Of a DNA stretch of 64,000 nt, positions 10,177-17,988 are shown in pieces; the stretch's first letter is position 1, and each line of letters starts with the position of its first letter. Source of the DNA: Escherichia phage vB_EcoM_NBG1; sequence record MH243438.1. One strand, 5' to 3'. The position numbers and the translations under genes were made by a program. The notes below the pieces were generated by a model. It was given only the letters and a program-made list of their open reading frames with translations, was not told the origin of the DNA and made no database searches.

Positions 10177-10415
10177 TATTTTTTAAGCATGAAAAGTAAG
10201 TAATTTGTATCACGTGGAGTAATATCAACACCCATATCAAAGATGCCTTTATAGATTGGGTATTTGTTTTCGGTTGTATCGAAGCTGAAACTATTTCCAT
10301 CACATCTAACAGTAATAGCATCTGTTAAAATGTCATACTCAATCCTAACAATTGAATCCCCAATTTTAACGTCGAGGTGTTTTTTGAATTTGATAAAATC
10401 TAATTCTTGGGCCAT
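10176..10415 (-). CDS. hypothetical protein
   Basis: 79-aa ORF. Confidence 0.45.
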   Translation of the reverse strand: MAQELDFIKFKKHLDVKIGDSIVRIEYDILTDAITVRCDGNSFSFDTTENKYPIYKGIFDMGVDITPRDTNYLLFMLKK

Positions 10416-10478
10416 GATATTTTCCTCATTTTAAGACGATAGGAAGTCATGTTATTATCTTCCTATCGTTGTACATTA

Positions 10479-10691
10479 TTAACCGAACTTTTTAGCGCCT
10501 TTCCAGCCTTCGTACATAACTGCGCAAGTCAATAGCACGGCATGTTGGCATTCTTTGTATTTGTAAATCCAGAACCAGCGTAAAAAGTCTTCATCCTCAA
10601 CACCGTTGAGTTTCATATTGGCAAAGAATTCGGCACGTTCTTCACGAAGCTTTTGCGATAACATAGATTCAGGATTCATTTTGTGTTCCAC
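10479..10691 (-). CDS. hypothetical protein
   Basis: 70-aa ORF. Confidence 0.45.
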   Translation of the reverse strand: MEHKMNPESMLSQKLREERAEFFANMKLNGVEDEDFLRWFWIYKYKECQHAVLLTCAVMYEGWKGAKKFG

Positions 10692-10903
10692 GCCCCATTT
10701 TCATCGATGAACTTAATCCAGTCATTTACAGACCATTTAGTTGTATCACCCTTTGGATTAACATTTAAAGTATATAATCCCTGCTTAAAAAGCATTCGTT
10801 TGATATTCATAATTTCCTCAACTGTAACGATAACATTCGTTAGCTTTACGTTTGGCTTCAGTATGAGAAGTATTATAATCATACTCTTCTTTACTGTAAA
10901 CAT
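10676..10903 (-). CDS. hypothetical protein (start uncertain)
   Basis: 75-aa ORF; N-terminal part overlaps the next gene, true start may be MNIKRM near 10810. Confidence 0.3.
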   Translation of the reverse strand: MFTVKKSMIIILLILKPNVKLTNVIVTVEEIMNIKRMLFKQGLYTLNVNPKGDTTKWSVNDWIKFIDENGAWNTK

Positions 10904-11138
10904 CTTTTTTCAACTTACGAACTTCTTTGCGGAGTTGTCGATTCATTTCGTTCTTGACTTCAGAATCAACGCCTTTCATACGTTTCCATTTATCTGAGCG
11001 GAAGATGTTTTCAACCATGTCTTTGTGGCTAACACCGTCAGGAGCTTTACGCTTACCAAAATAGTCGTAATCGCGAACTTTCAAATCTTTACGACGATAT
11101 GTTTTACCCATAAGTACCTCAGAGGTTGATTGATACAA
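10818..11138 (-). CDS. hypothetical basic protein
   Basis: 106-aa Lys/Arg-rich ORF. Confidence 0.45.
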   Translation of the reverse strand: MYQSTSEVLMGKTYRRKDLKVRDYDYFGKRKAPDGVSHKDMVENIFRSDKWKRMKGVDSEVKNEMNRQLRKEVRKLKKDVYSKEEYDYNTSHTEAKRKANECYRYS

Positions 11139-11367
11139 CGCGTTTGATAAAATTCACTTCACTTACTGAAAGGTCTTTAAGACCGATTGATTCTAAACGC
11201 TGAGTAAGCGTCAACATCGGGATATAATCCCAATGAGTTTTATTTGCTTGATAAGTACGAACGCCATTAGCAATTTCAACATGCAAATCGGAAATGGTAA
11301 CGAATACCGGACGTTCGTCATTAACTTTAAGGGTTAGAACAACTTTCTTTGAATCTAAACTAATCAT
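11119..11367 (-). CDS. hypothetical protein
   Basis: 82-aa ORF. Confidence 0.45.
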   Translation of the reverse strand: MISLDSKKVVLTLKVNDERPVFVTISDLHVEIANGVRTYQANKTHWDYIPMLTLTQRLESIGLKDLSVSEVNFIKRVVSINL

Positions 11368-11546
11368 GACTTAATTTCCTTCGCAATTGAACAGAAGATA
11401 CCACGGTCACAAAGCATTTCACCAATTTCTGGATATTTGATTGAACGGTACCAAACATCCAGGCTTGAAACTTTGGTTATCTGTATTGCATTACCGTTGA
11501 CAGAATAGTACTGGTCAACCTTAATTTCTTTATCTTCAATTGTCAT
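11364..11546 (-). CDS. hypothetical protein
   Basis: 60-aa ORF with GAGGAAAATAAA-ATG initiation region. Confidence 0.45.
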   Translation of the reverse strand: MTIEDKEIKVDQYYSVNGNAIQITKVSSLDVWYRSIKYPEIGEMLCDRGIFCSIAKEIKS

Positions 11547-11679
11547 TTTATTTTCCTCTATAGTAAGATGGTGTTAATCTTAACATATCTATCGAGGATG
11601 TAAACTGGTTTTATGAAAATATTTTTGATTTGAGAGGGGCACAAGGAGATAGTGAAGTGAAGATTCCAATGGATTATAT

Positions 11680-11716
11680 TAGAAATGAGATAAAGAAGAC
11701 CAGGCGGCACCTGGTC
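11680..11716 (-). terminator. Rho-independent terminator after nrdH-like gene
   Basis: Minus-strand hairpin GACCAGG-TGCCG-CCTGGTC followed by TTCTTTATCTCATTTCT. Confidence 0.45.
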
Positions 11717-12038
11717 AATCTTCTATGATATCGGAGTCATATCCTAATGAAATCAAGGACTTTTTAAACTCTGCAATATTCTTTTGTTTCTTATCATTTA
11801 AAAATATGACAGGATAACGAATATTAAGTGAAGTGAATCCTGCACGTTTAGCAAGAGATACGATTAAAGGACGGTCATATTCAATCTTACCATTATTAGT
11901 GAGGACTTTATAAAATGTATAAGGAGCATTGAGCTCCTTTAAAAGTTTTGTAACAGCATAACATCCTGGACAACGTCCTACTTCTTCAGGGATGCCATAG
12001 ATTTCAATCTTGTTCTTTAAGTTCGAGTTTTGTTCCAC
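11715..12038 (-). CDS. nrdH: Glutaredoxin/NrdH-like redoxin
   Basis: KIEIYGIPEEVGRCPGCYAVTKLLKE... thioredoxin-fold CxxC motif; no in-frame ATG, start provisionally GTG at 12038. Confidence 0.5.
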   Translation of the reverse strand: MEQNSNLKNKIEIYGIPEEVGRCPGCYAVTKLLKELNAPYTFYKVLTNNGKIEYDRPLIVSLAKRAGFTSLNIRYPVIFLNDKKQKNIAEFKKSLISLGYDSDIIED

Positions 12039-12321
12039 GAGAAATAATTCCTTGGTAAGCCCAATAAGGAGGATTAACAGAATCCTCACCAGAGTTTTCT
12101 TCAGGAAAATAAACCTGGATAACAAATCCAGACTCATCAAAGGTAAAATAAACCGTAGGCAGTTCACCTAACAAATCGGCACGAGCGTTGATTTCTTCGA
12201 GGTCTTGTTCACGTCCAGCCCAAAAACTAGGATTTAGATTACATTCGTAAAAATAATAGTCATTACCGAACATATCAAACCCCTTCCAACTCTCTACCAC
12301 ATACCGCTCAAAACTAATCAT
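12004..12321 (-). CDS. hypothetical protein
   Basis: 105-aa ORF. Confidence 0.45.
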   Translation of the reverse strand: MISFERYVVESWKGFDMFGNDYYFYECNLNPSFWAGREQDLEEINARADLLGELPTVYFTFDESGFVIQVYFPEENSGEDSVNPPYWAYQGIISRGTKLELKEQD

Positions 12322-12323
12322 AA

Positions 12324-12539
12324 TTAAGCCTTTTTATCAAGAACAGAATTCAGTTTATTAGTAATTTTGTCCAAACGTTCATTGAATTCGCTGGAGGATA
12401 AACCCTTTTCCGGAGAAATTAAACTAATCACGAAAAATACACCAGTAAAAGGAATAAGAAAAATAGCTCCAACTGCCATAAACAAAAAGAACGTTACAGT
12501 TGTAAGAAAATCAGCTAAACCTTTACGAAATTTGTACAT
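12324..12539 (-). CDS. small membrane protein
   Basis: 71 aa with one hydrophobic helix. Confidence 0.45.
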   Translation of the reverse strand: MYKFRKGLADFLTTVTFFLFMAVGAIFLIPFTGVFFVISLISPEKGLSSSEFNERLDKITNKLNSVLDKKA

Positions 12540-12649
12540 ATTTACCCTTAATTAACTAAGCATTGATAATCATTAAACTATATTGCGAATAAAATTCTGG
12601 ACCAAAACGAAAAATCATATCATTTATAGTATCCATAATGTAATTCAAT

Positions 12650-13120
12650 TTAATCATGTTTCCACACCCCATCGGTATTTGACCAAAGTCGCTGATTATC
12701 TGATCCTCGCCACAGCTTTTTGGTCGGAAGATTTTTCTCATACTTCCCATCAATAATAACATCAACATATTTAAGCATTTCTAGTTGTTTAATATCTTCA
12801 AACTTATATCCTGTCCACAACCAAATGCTTTTACTGGGATAAAGATTTTTAATAGTTTGAACCACAGAGTGAATCACATCTCGGTTATCAGGATAGAGAG
12901 GGTCACCTCCGGTTATAGTCAATCCTTCTATATAATCATTATTCAAACATTCAATTAATTGTTCTAGTGTTTCACCAGTGAATGGAATACCATTTCTAGC
13001 ATTCCATGTTGATTTATTATAACACCCTTCACATTTATGCAAACAACCTGTAACGAAAAGAACGACCCTGCAACCAGGGCCATTCACAAAATCGCAAGGA
13101 TAAAATCTATCATAATTCAT
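12650..13120 (-). CDS. nrdG: Anaerobic ribonucleotide reductase activating protein NrdG (radical SAM)
   Basis: 156 aa, cysteine cluster GCLHKCEGCYN. Confidence 0.9.
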   Translation of the reverse strand: MNYDRFYPCDFVNGPGCRVVLFVTGCLHKCEGCYNKSTWNARNGIPFTGETLEQLIECLNNDYIEGLTITGGDPLYPDNRDVIHSVVQTIKNLYPSKSIWLWTGYKFEDIKQLEMLKYVDVIIDGKYEKNLPTKKLWRGSDNQRLWSNTDGVWKHD

Positions 13121-14934
13121 TGGTGTTTAACCCTATGCATGATTTCTTTATTTTTACCGAGATTAAATCCGCGTTCGTTCGGATTTCCCAAATAGCCGCA
13201 TGTTCTTCTTATTGTGTTCATCTTTTTAGGATCAGTTTCTCCACAGATAGAACAAACAAATCCGTTTTCAGTAGGAGTCATTTCATGAGTACTTCCGCAT
13301 GTAAAACATTTATCTACTGGCATATTAACACCAAAATAATCTAAATGTTGTGCAGCATAATCCCACACGGCCTCAAGACCTTTTAAGTTATTTTTCATAT
13401 CAGGAAGTTCAACATAAGAAATGTGACCACCTGTCGCAATGAAATGATATGGCGCTTCACGAGAAATCTTTTCAAACGGAGTAATATTTTCTTCTACTGA
13501 AACGTGGAAACTGTTAGTGTACCAGCCTTTATCGGTAACATATTTTACACTTCCATATTTTTCTGTATCAAGTTTACAGAAGCGGTAACAAAGGTTTTCA
13601 GCAGGAGTCGAATATAAACTAAAAGCAAATCCAGTTCTTTCAGTCCATTGCTTAAGATGAGCATTCATTTTAGTTAAAATTTCTTGTCCAATATCACGAC
13701 CAACAAGAATATTCAATTCGTGAATACCAATGTATCCTAAAGACACTGAACTTCTACCGTTTTTAAATAACTCAATTATGTCGTCATCAGGTTTAAGACG
13801 AACCCCGAATGCACCTTCTTGGTAAAGAATAGGAGCAACAGTCGCTTTAACTCCTTTTAAGGAACTAATTCTACACATCAAAGCTTCAAAACACAGGTCC
13901 ATTCGTTCGTTAAATAGCTCAACAAATTTCTGTTCATTGAACTGTGTTCCAATATAAGAATCTAACGCAATACGAGGAAGATTCAGTGTTACAACACCAA
14001 GATTATTACGTCCATCAAGAATTTCATTACCAGTCGAATCTTTCCATACGCTCAAGAAACTACGGCAACCCATCGGAGAAACAGGAACTGAAGAACCGGT
14101 AATAGCTTTATTATTCTTAACCGAAATAATGTCAGGATACATTCTTTTGCTTGCACATTCTAACGCAAGTTGTTTAATATCATAGTTTGGATCATCTTTA
14201 TAAAGATTAACACCTTCTTCAACAAACATAACAAGCTTAGGGAAAATAGGAGTTATCCCATCACGACCAAGACCTTTAATACGATTTTTCAGAATTGCTT
14301 TCTGAATCATTCGTTCAGTCCAGTCAGTTCCCGTACCAAATGTAATTGTTACAAAAGGCGTTTGCCCGTTTGAACTAAAAAGAGTATTTACTTCATATTC
14401 ATAAGCTTGGAATGCATCGTATACATCTTTTTCTGTTTTAGATTGAGCATAATTCAACGCATCAGCGATTTGCCATTTTTCTGCATCCTCAATATGTTTT
14501 GCATAGGTGCGTTTAACATAAGGAGAAAGTACTTTATCTACATTAGCAAAAGTCGTTCCGCCGTATTGATGGGAAGCAACTTGTGCAGTAATTTGTGCCA
14601 TAACTGCAGTAGCAACACCAATCGATTTAGGCGTTTCAATTTGAGCATTGCCTAATTTAAATCCGTTCTCAAGCATCCCCTTTAAATCGACTAAACAGCA
14701 ATTAGTAAATGGAAGAGCAGGGGAATAATCAATATCGTGGAAATGGATAATTCCGCTTTCGTGTGCTTTCATAATAAAAGACGGGACCATATTTTTGGCA
14801 ATGTGTTTAGACACAATACCAGCCATAAGGTCCCGTTGAGTTGGAAAAACACGAGAATCTTTATTAGCATTCTCGTTTAAAAGGTCTTTATTAGTTTTAT
14901 GAATCAGTCCTTCAATTTCTTTTTCAATTTTCAT
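13117..14934 (-). CDS. nrdD: Anaerobic ribonucleoside-triphosphate reductase NrdD
   Basis: 605 aa, C-terminal glycyl-radical motif RTCGYLG and Zn-ribbon cysteines; uninterrupted. Confidence 0.95.
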   Translation of the reverse strand: MKIEKEIEGLIHKTNKDLLNENANKDSRVFPTQRDLMAGIVSKHIAKNMVPSFIMKAHESGIIHFHDIDYSPALPFTNCCLVDLKGMLENGFKLGNAQIETPKSIGVATAVMAQITAQVASHQYGGTTFANVDKVLSPYVKRTYAKHIEDAEKWQIADALNYAQSKTEKDVYDAFQAYEYEVNTLFSSNGQTPFVTITFGTGTDWTERMIQKAILKNRIKGLGRDGITPIFPKLVMFVEEGVNLYKDDPNYDIKQLALECASKRMYPDIISVKNNKAITGSSVPVSPMGCRSFLSVWKDSTGNEILDGRNNLGVVTLNLPRIALDSYIGTQFNEQKFVELFNERMDLCFEALMCRISSLKGVKATVAPILYQEGAFGVRLKPDDDIIELFKNGRSSVSLGYIGIHELNILVGRDIGQEILTKMNAHLKQWTERTGFAFSLYSTPAENLCYRFCKLDTEKYGSVKYVTDKGWYTNSFHVSVEENITPFEKISREAPYHFIATGGHISYVELPDMKNNLKGLEAVWDYAAQHLDYFGVNMPVDKCFTCGSTHEMTPTENGFVCSICGETDPKKMNTIRRTCGYLGNPNERGFNLGKNKEIMHRVKHQ

Positions 14935-15404
14935 TTTAAACTCTTTCTAAGCTGCTTTTTGAATGAAGCTATTAATTGTGTTTTAGTATCAGATTCATTA
15001 TATTCAAATCCTCTTTGAAGCATCTCAGCCATCATTTCCTCTTTACCTAGTCTTGAGAACTCTTTAGTTTTGTCTGGAACAAAATTAGGATGGATATTAT
15101 TATCAGAATAATCTTGTTTCAAATAAGCAAGAAGAGCTTCAAGCCATTTGAGGTAGTCGACATCACGACCTTTAAGACCAGAACGGTTGAACTTATGCTT
15201 CATTTGGCCTTCTGCTGCGTTGCACAGATTACAGAGTAACCCACGAACTCTACCTGCTTTTGGCCCGTTTAATTCGTGGTCGTGGTCAAGATGGTTACCT
15301 TGAACATCAGGGTCTAATTCACGGTGGCAAATAGGACACTTACCGTTCTGTGCATCATAAAATTTTTGTTTTTCTTCTTTGTATAATTTGCCAGATAATA
15401 ACAT
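14931..15404 (-). CDS. 49: Endonuclease VII (Holliday junction resolvase) gp49
   Basis: MLLSGKLYKEEKQKFYDAQNGKCPICHRELD... 157 aa, close match to T4 endo VII. Confidence 0.9.
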   Translation of the reverse strand: MLLSGKLYKEEKQKFYDAQNGKCPICHRELDPDVQGNHLDHDHELNGPKAGRVRGLLCNLCNAAEGQMKHKFNRSGLKGRDVDYLKWLEALLAYLKQDYSDNNIHPNFVPDKTKEFSRLGKEEMMAEMLQRGFEYNESDTKTQLIASFKKQLRKSLK

Positions 15405-15440
15405 AATAAACCCTTACCATATTAGATAAGGGTATTTATA
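15405..15440 (-). promoter_or_regulatory. Gene 49 leader: late promoter TATAAATA (15433-15440) overlapping a hairpin next to the start codon
   Basis: Minus strand reads TATAAATACCCTTATCTAATATGGTAAGGGTTTATTATG; inverted repeat ACCCTTA/TAAGGGT. Confidence 0.5.
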
Positions 15441-15442
15441 AT

Positions 15443-15622
15443 TTAATAAATGTTATAAAAGTCACGATGGAAACGTTTGTATTGACGAATCATTCTTTTA
15501 GTAGGACGTGTTACCGAAATGATTGAAGTCCTCATGTTCGGATTGTTTGGAGCACCAATTATAACAAATTTCCAAGATTTTTGGCCGTTTGTTCTTTCGC
15601 CAAAAAATAATGCAGTTTTCAT
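15443..15622 (-). CDS. small basic protein, paralog A (59 aa)
   Basis: Hand-translated MKTALFFGERTNGQKSWKFVIIGAPNNPNMRTSIISVTRPTKRMIRQYKRFHRDFYNIY; paralog of 16047-16244. Confidence 0.45.
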   Translation of the reverse strand: MKTALFFGERTNGQKSWKFVIIGAPNNPNMRTSIISVTRPTKRMIRQYKRFHRDFYNIY

Positions 15623-15631
15623 AATAAGCCC

Positions 15632-16045
15632 TTAACTTAAACGTCTTTCTAAATATTCAATGTATTCCGCTGCGGCTTGCATCAGATTACCTTCATAACC
15701 GTCATTATTTTCTTGACCGGCTAATTTAGCTAAAGCATAAGAAATACGTTCACCTTCGAATTCGCCAAGTCCACCATCACAAACTACTTGGTCAATTTCT
15801 TCGAGTTCATCTATTGAATGGGATTCCCAGAAGCACCAAAGAGAAGTATCACGGTCATAGATGCAAAGTTTCTCACCTGTGTTCAACATCACTTCGTTAA
15901 TGCCATGGTCGCCATAACCATCTTCGGTAGTAGTACCAATTACCTTGATGATTGTTCCTTTCTTTAATTCAGGAAACTTGACTTGTAGTTCTTCATCTTC
16001 TTTAACAATCTTGAACCATTTACCGCGAGTTTCAGAAATATTCAT
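15632..16045 (-). CDS. hypothetical protein (T4 pin/49.x region)
   Basis: Start reassigned to MNISETRGKWFK; hydrophobic N-terminal extension in track ORF judged spurious. Confidence 0.5.
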   Translation of the reverse strand: MNISETRGKWFKIVKEDEELQVKFPELKKGTIIKVIGTTTEDGYGDHGINEVMLNTGEKLCIYDRDTSLWCFWESHSIDELEEIDQVVCDGGLGEFEGERISYALAKLAGQENNDGYEGNLMQAAAEYIEYLERRLS

Positions 16046-16046
16046 A

Positions 16047-16244
16047 TCAATATTCTCTATAAAAGTTACGATGAGAACGTTTAGCTTTGCGAAGCTGACG
16101 TTTAGTAGGACGAACTGTAAATGGTTGTCCAGAGAAAAAATTAGGATCGGTTTTAATAAGCAAATACCAATCATGTTTGCCATTTTTTAATAAACGGTAC
16201 AATAATTTAACTTGCATAATAATCTCTTCCCATTTCCATATCAA
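16047..16244 (-). CDS. small basic protein, paralog B
   Basis: ...NGKHDWYLLIKTDPNFFSGQPFTVRPTKRQLRKAKRSHRNFYREY shares NG-K-W...VxRPTKR...HRxFY with paralog A. Confidence 0.45.
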   Translation of the reverse strand: MIWKWEEIIMQVKLLYRLLKNGKHDWYLLIKTDPNFFSGQPFTVRPTKRQLRKAKRSHRNFYREY

Positions 16245-16345
16245 TTAATTCATTTATTGAAGGTTCATCATAACACGTTTCTTCGTCGTTGTAAACTGTT
16301 TCGACGTCTGGCTCGACCGTCTCCCATCGAGCCGAATACCACGGT

Positions 16346-16702
16346 TTAACCGCGGAGCTTATTGAGCTCTTCATAATCAATCCAGGATTCTAACCCAGAT
16401 GGCAGGTCACATTCGATGTTCCACAGAAGCTCTTCAATGGCTTGTAGACGATTGAGTTCTTCAACGGTAATAGTAACCATTGGTTCAACCGGTTTTGCCT
16501 TTTTAACCATCATGTCATTCATCAGGACGTACAAGTCGTCACGAACAACGGTATCATTCCAACCCCATGATTTGGCTGCATACGCTAATGATGATGGGAG
16601 CACATTTAAAACTTCAATAATAGATGGAGATTCAGGACCAAGCTCAGATACACAAACTTCGTATACATCTTGGAAATCTTTAAGATTTAATGAATATGTC
16701 AT
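16346..16702 (-). CDS. hypothetical protein
   Basis: 118-aa acidic ORF; start codon inside 22-bp repeat. Confidence 0.5.
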   Translation of the reverse strand: MTYSLNLKDFQDVYEVCVSELGPESPSIIEVLNVLPSSLAYAAKSWGWNDTVVRDDLYVLMNDMMVKKAKPVEPMVTITVEELNRLQAIEELLWNIECDLPSGLESWIDYEELNKLRG

Positions 16703-16721
16703 TTAAAATATTCTCGCAGTT
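16700..16721 (-). repeat. 22-bp direct repeat, copy 1 (catttaaaatattctcgcagtt)
   Basis: Identical to 17015-17036; here intergenic between stop of 16721-17017 and start of 16346-16702. Confidence 0.7.
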
Positions 16722-17017
16722 TATTGTTCTACACATGCACAGGAAACTTCGAAATCAGGACCGTCGTACTTCCAGTGATATTCACCAACAGGAATCCAGT
16801 CACCATGCTCGTTTTCTTCATAGTCCTCAGGCTCAAGGCCAACGAATCGCCATTGGACACCGATGATTCTATTACCCATCATTACTCGAAATTCGCCCCA
16901 TGGATTATCAATAGCATACTGAATATCGTTCTTAGCACGAGAGCACATTTCTTGATATAACAAAGTTTCTAATTCGTCCTGGTCATAAGGGCCTGGGAAA
17001 GTTAAATCGATATTCAT
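16721..17017 (-). CDS. hypothetical protein (candidate inserted gene)
   Basis: 98-aa acidic ORF flanked by the 22-bp direct repeats. Confidence 0.5.
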   Translation of the reverse strand: MNIDLTFPGPYDQDELETLLYQEMCSRAKNDIQYAIDNPWGEFRVMMGNRIIGVQWRFVGLEPEDYEENEHGDWIPVGEYHWKYDGPDFEVSCACVEQ

Positions 17018-17277
17018 TTAAAATATTCTCGCAGTTGGTCAAATCCACCAATGTGACTTCCGTCAGGAGCAAACACTTGAGGCATCGTCAATCCAACATG
17101 TGTTTCACGTCCAAGCTTAGCCAGAAGCTCAGCAATTTTCTCATCGTCGAACACACCTTTTTCTGGCATAACATTAATGAATTCGAATGGTTGTTTCTTA
17201 ACAGTCAGCAATCGTTTCGCATTATCACAATAAATGCATTTATGAATAGTAGAGTCATACCCGTACACTTTAAACAT
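17014..17277 (-). CDS. nrdC: Thioredoxin/glutaredoxin NrdC
   Basis: MFKVYGYDSTIHKCIYCDNAKRLLTVKKQPFEFINVMPEKGVFDDEKIAELL... near-identical to T4 NrdC; start at internal Met. Confidence 0.85.
   Translation of the reverse strand: MFKVYGYDSTIHKCIYCDNAKRLLTVKKQPFEFINVMPEKGVFDDEKIAELLAKLGRETHVGLTMPQVFAPDGSHIGGFDQLREYFK
17015..17036 (-). repeat. 22-bp direct repeat, copy 2
   Basis: Identical 22-mer; here it encodes the nrdC C-terminus (LREYFK-stop) and overlaps the next start codon. Confidence 0.7.
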
Positions 17278-17683
17278 TATTTTTCCTTTCATCAATTAAA
17301 TATGCAATGCCAAATACAATACATGTAATAAAACCTGTGATACAGATAGAAACCAACAACACTGTACCAAAGAACCAAATCAAGTTATCTTTAGTAGTTT
17401 GTTTGATATCCATCTCACGAATTTCTATAGCTATCGTATCACCTTTATTCAGAAGCGTATAAAACGATGGCGATACACGTCTGTCAAAAACTCGTCCTTG
17501 CTCATCTTTATAGACTGCAATAAATTCTAATTTAGAATATTTTCCTGTAGATTGACCTGAGATTAGCTCTACTACCTCCACAGGAATTACTTTAGTTTCC
17601 ATGTAAGTATTCTGGCTGTTCCAAATGAATGGAATAATAGCAAAAACTAAAGCTGCGATAAAACAACGAAAGCTATATCTCAT
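17270..17683 (-). CDS. membrane protein
   Basis: 137 aa with N- and C-terminal hydrophobic helices. Confidence 0.5.
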   Translation of the reverse strand: MRYSFRCFIAALVFAIIPFIWNSQNTYMETKVIPVEVVELISGQSTGKYSKLEFIAVYKDEQGRVFDRRVSPSFYTLLNKGDTIAIEIREMDIKQTTKDNLIWFFGTVLLVSICITGFITCIVFGIAYLIDERKNNV

Positions 17684-17988
17684 TATAATGTTCTCTCAAA
17701 TTTGTGGAAGCATTTACGGCATTTCAATTTCAAGTTATCACTGGTCCAGTTAACCAGTTGGACTTGGATAGTTCCACATTCCGGACATGGATGTTTTGCT
17801 GCCGATTTGGCAGCATTTTCACGTCGTTCAACCATTTTCATTATTTCGTTCCATGCTGGAGGAACGAACTCTTCTTCACCATGAATTTTATCTCGCTGAA
17901 CAAATTCAATCTTTGAACTATCATCAATAAACTTAACCAAGTCATGATTAGTGCTCATATCAATATCCTCTAAAAGACGTAGTTTCAT
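17683..17988 (-). CDS. zinc-ribbon protein
   Basis: CPECG...CRKC cysteine pairs; start may be MSTNHD at 17958. Confidence 0.5.
   Translation of the reverse strand: MKLRLLEDIDMSTNHDLVKFIDDSSKIEFVQRDKIHGEEEFVPPAWNEIMKMVERRENAAKSAAKHPCPECGTIQVQLVNWTSDNLKLKCRKCFHKFERTL

Noticed and set aside
11715-12167. 150-aa track ORF as the nrdH gene
   Set aside because: The first ~45 codons overlap the upstream gene and are hydrophobic junk; the redoxin domain starts near 12038. The exact start (GTG?) remains uncertain.
15632-16183. Full-length track ORF with hydrophobic N-terminus MANMIGICLLKPILIF
   Set aside because: The extension overlaps the neighbouring paralog gene; the internal Met at 16045 gives a non-overlapping gene.
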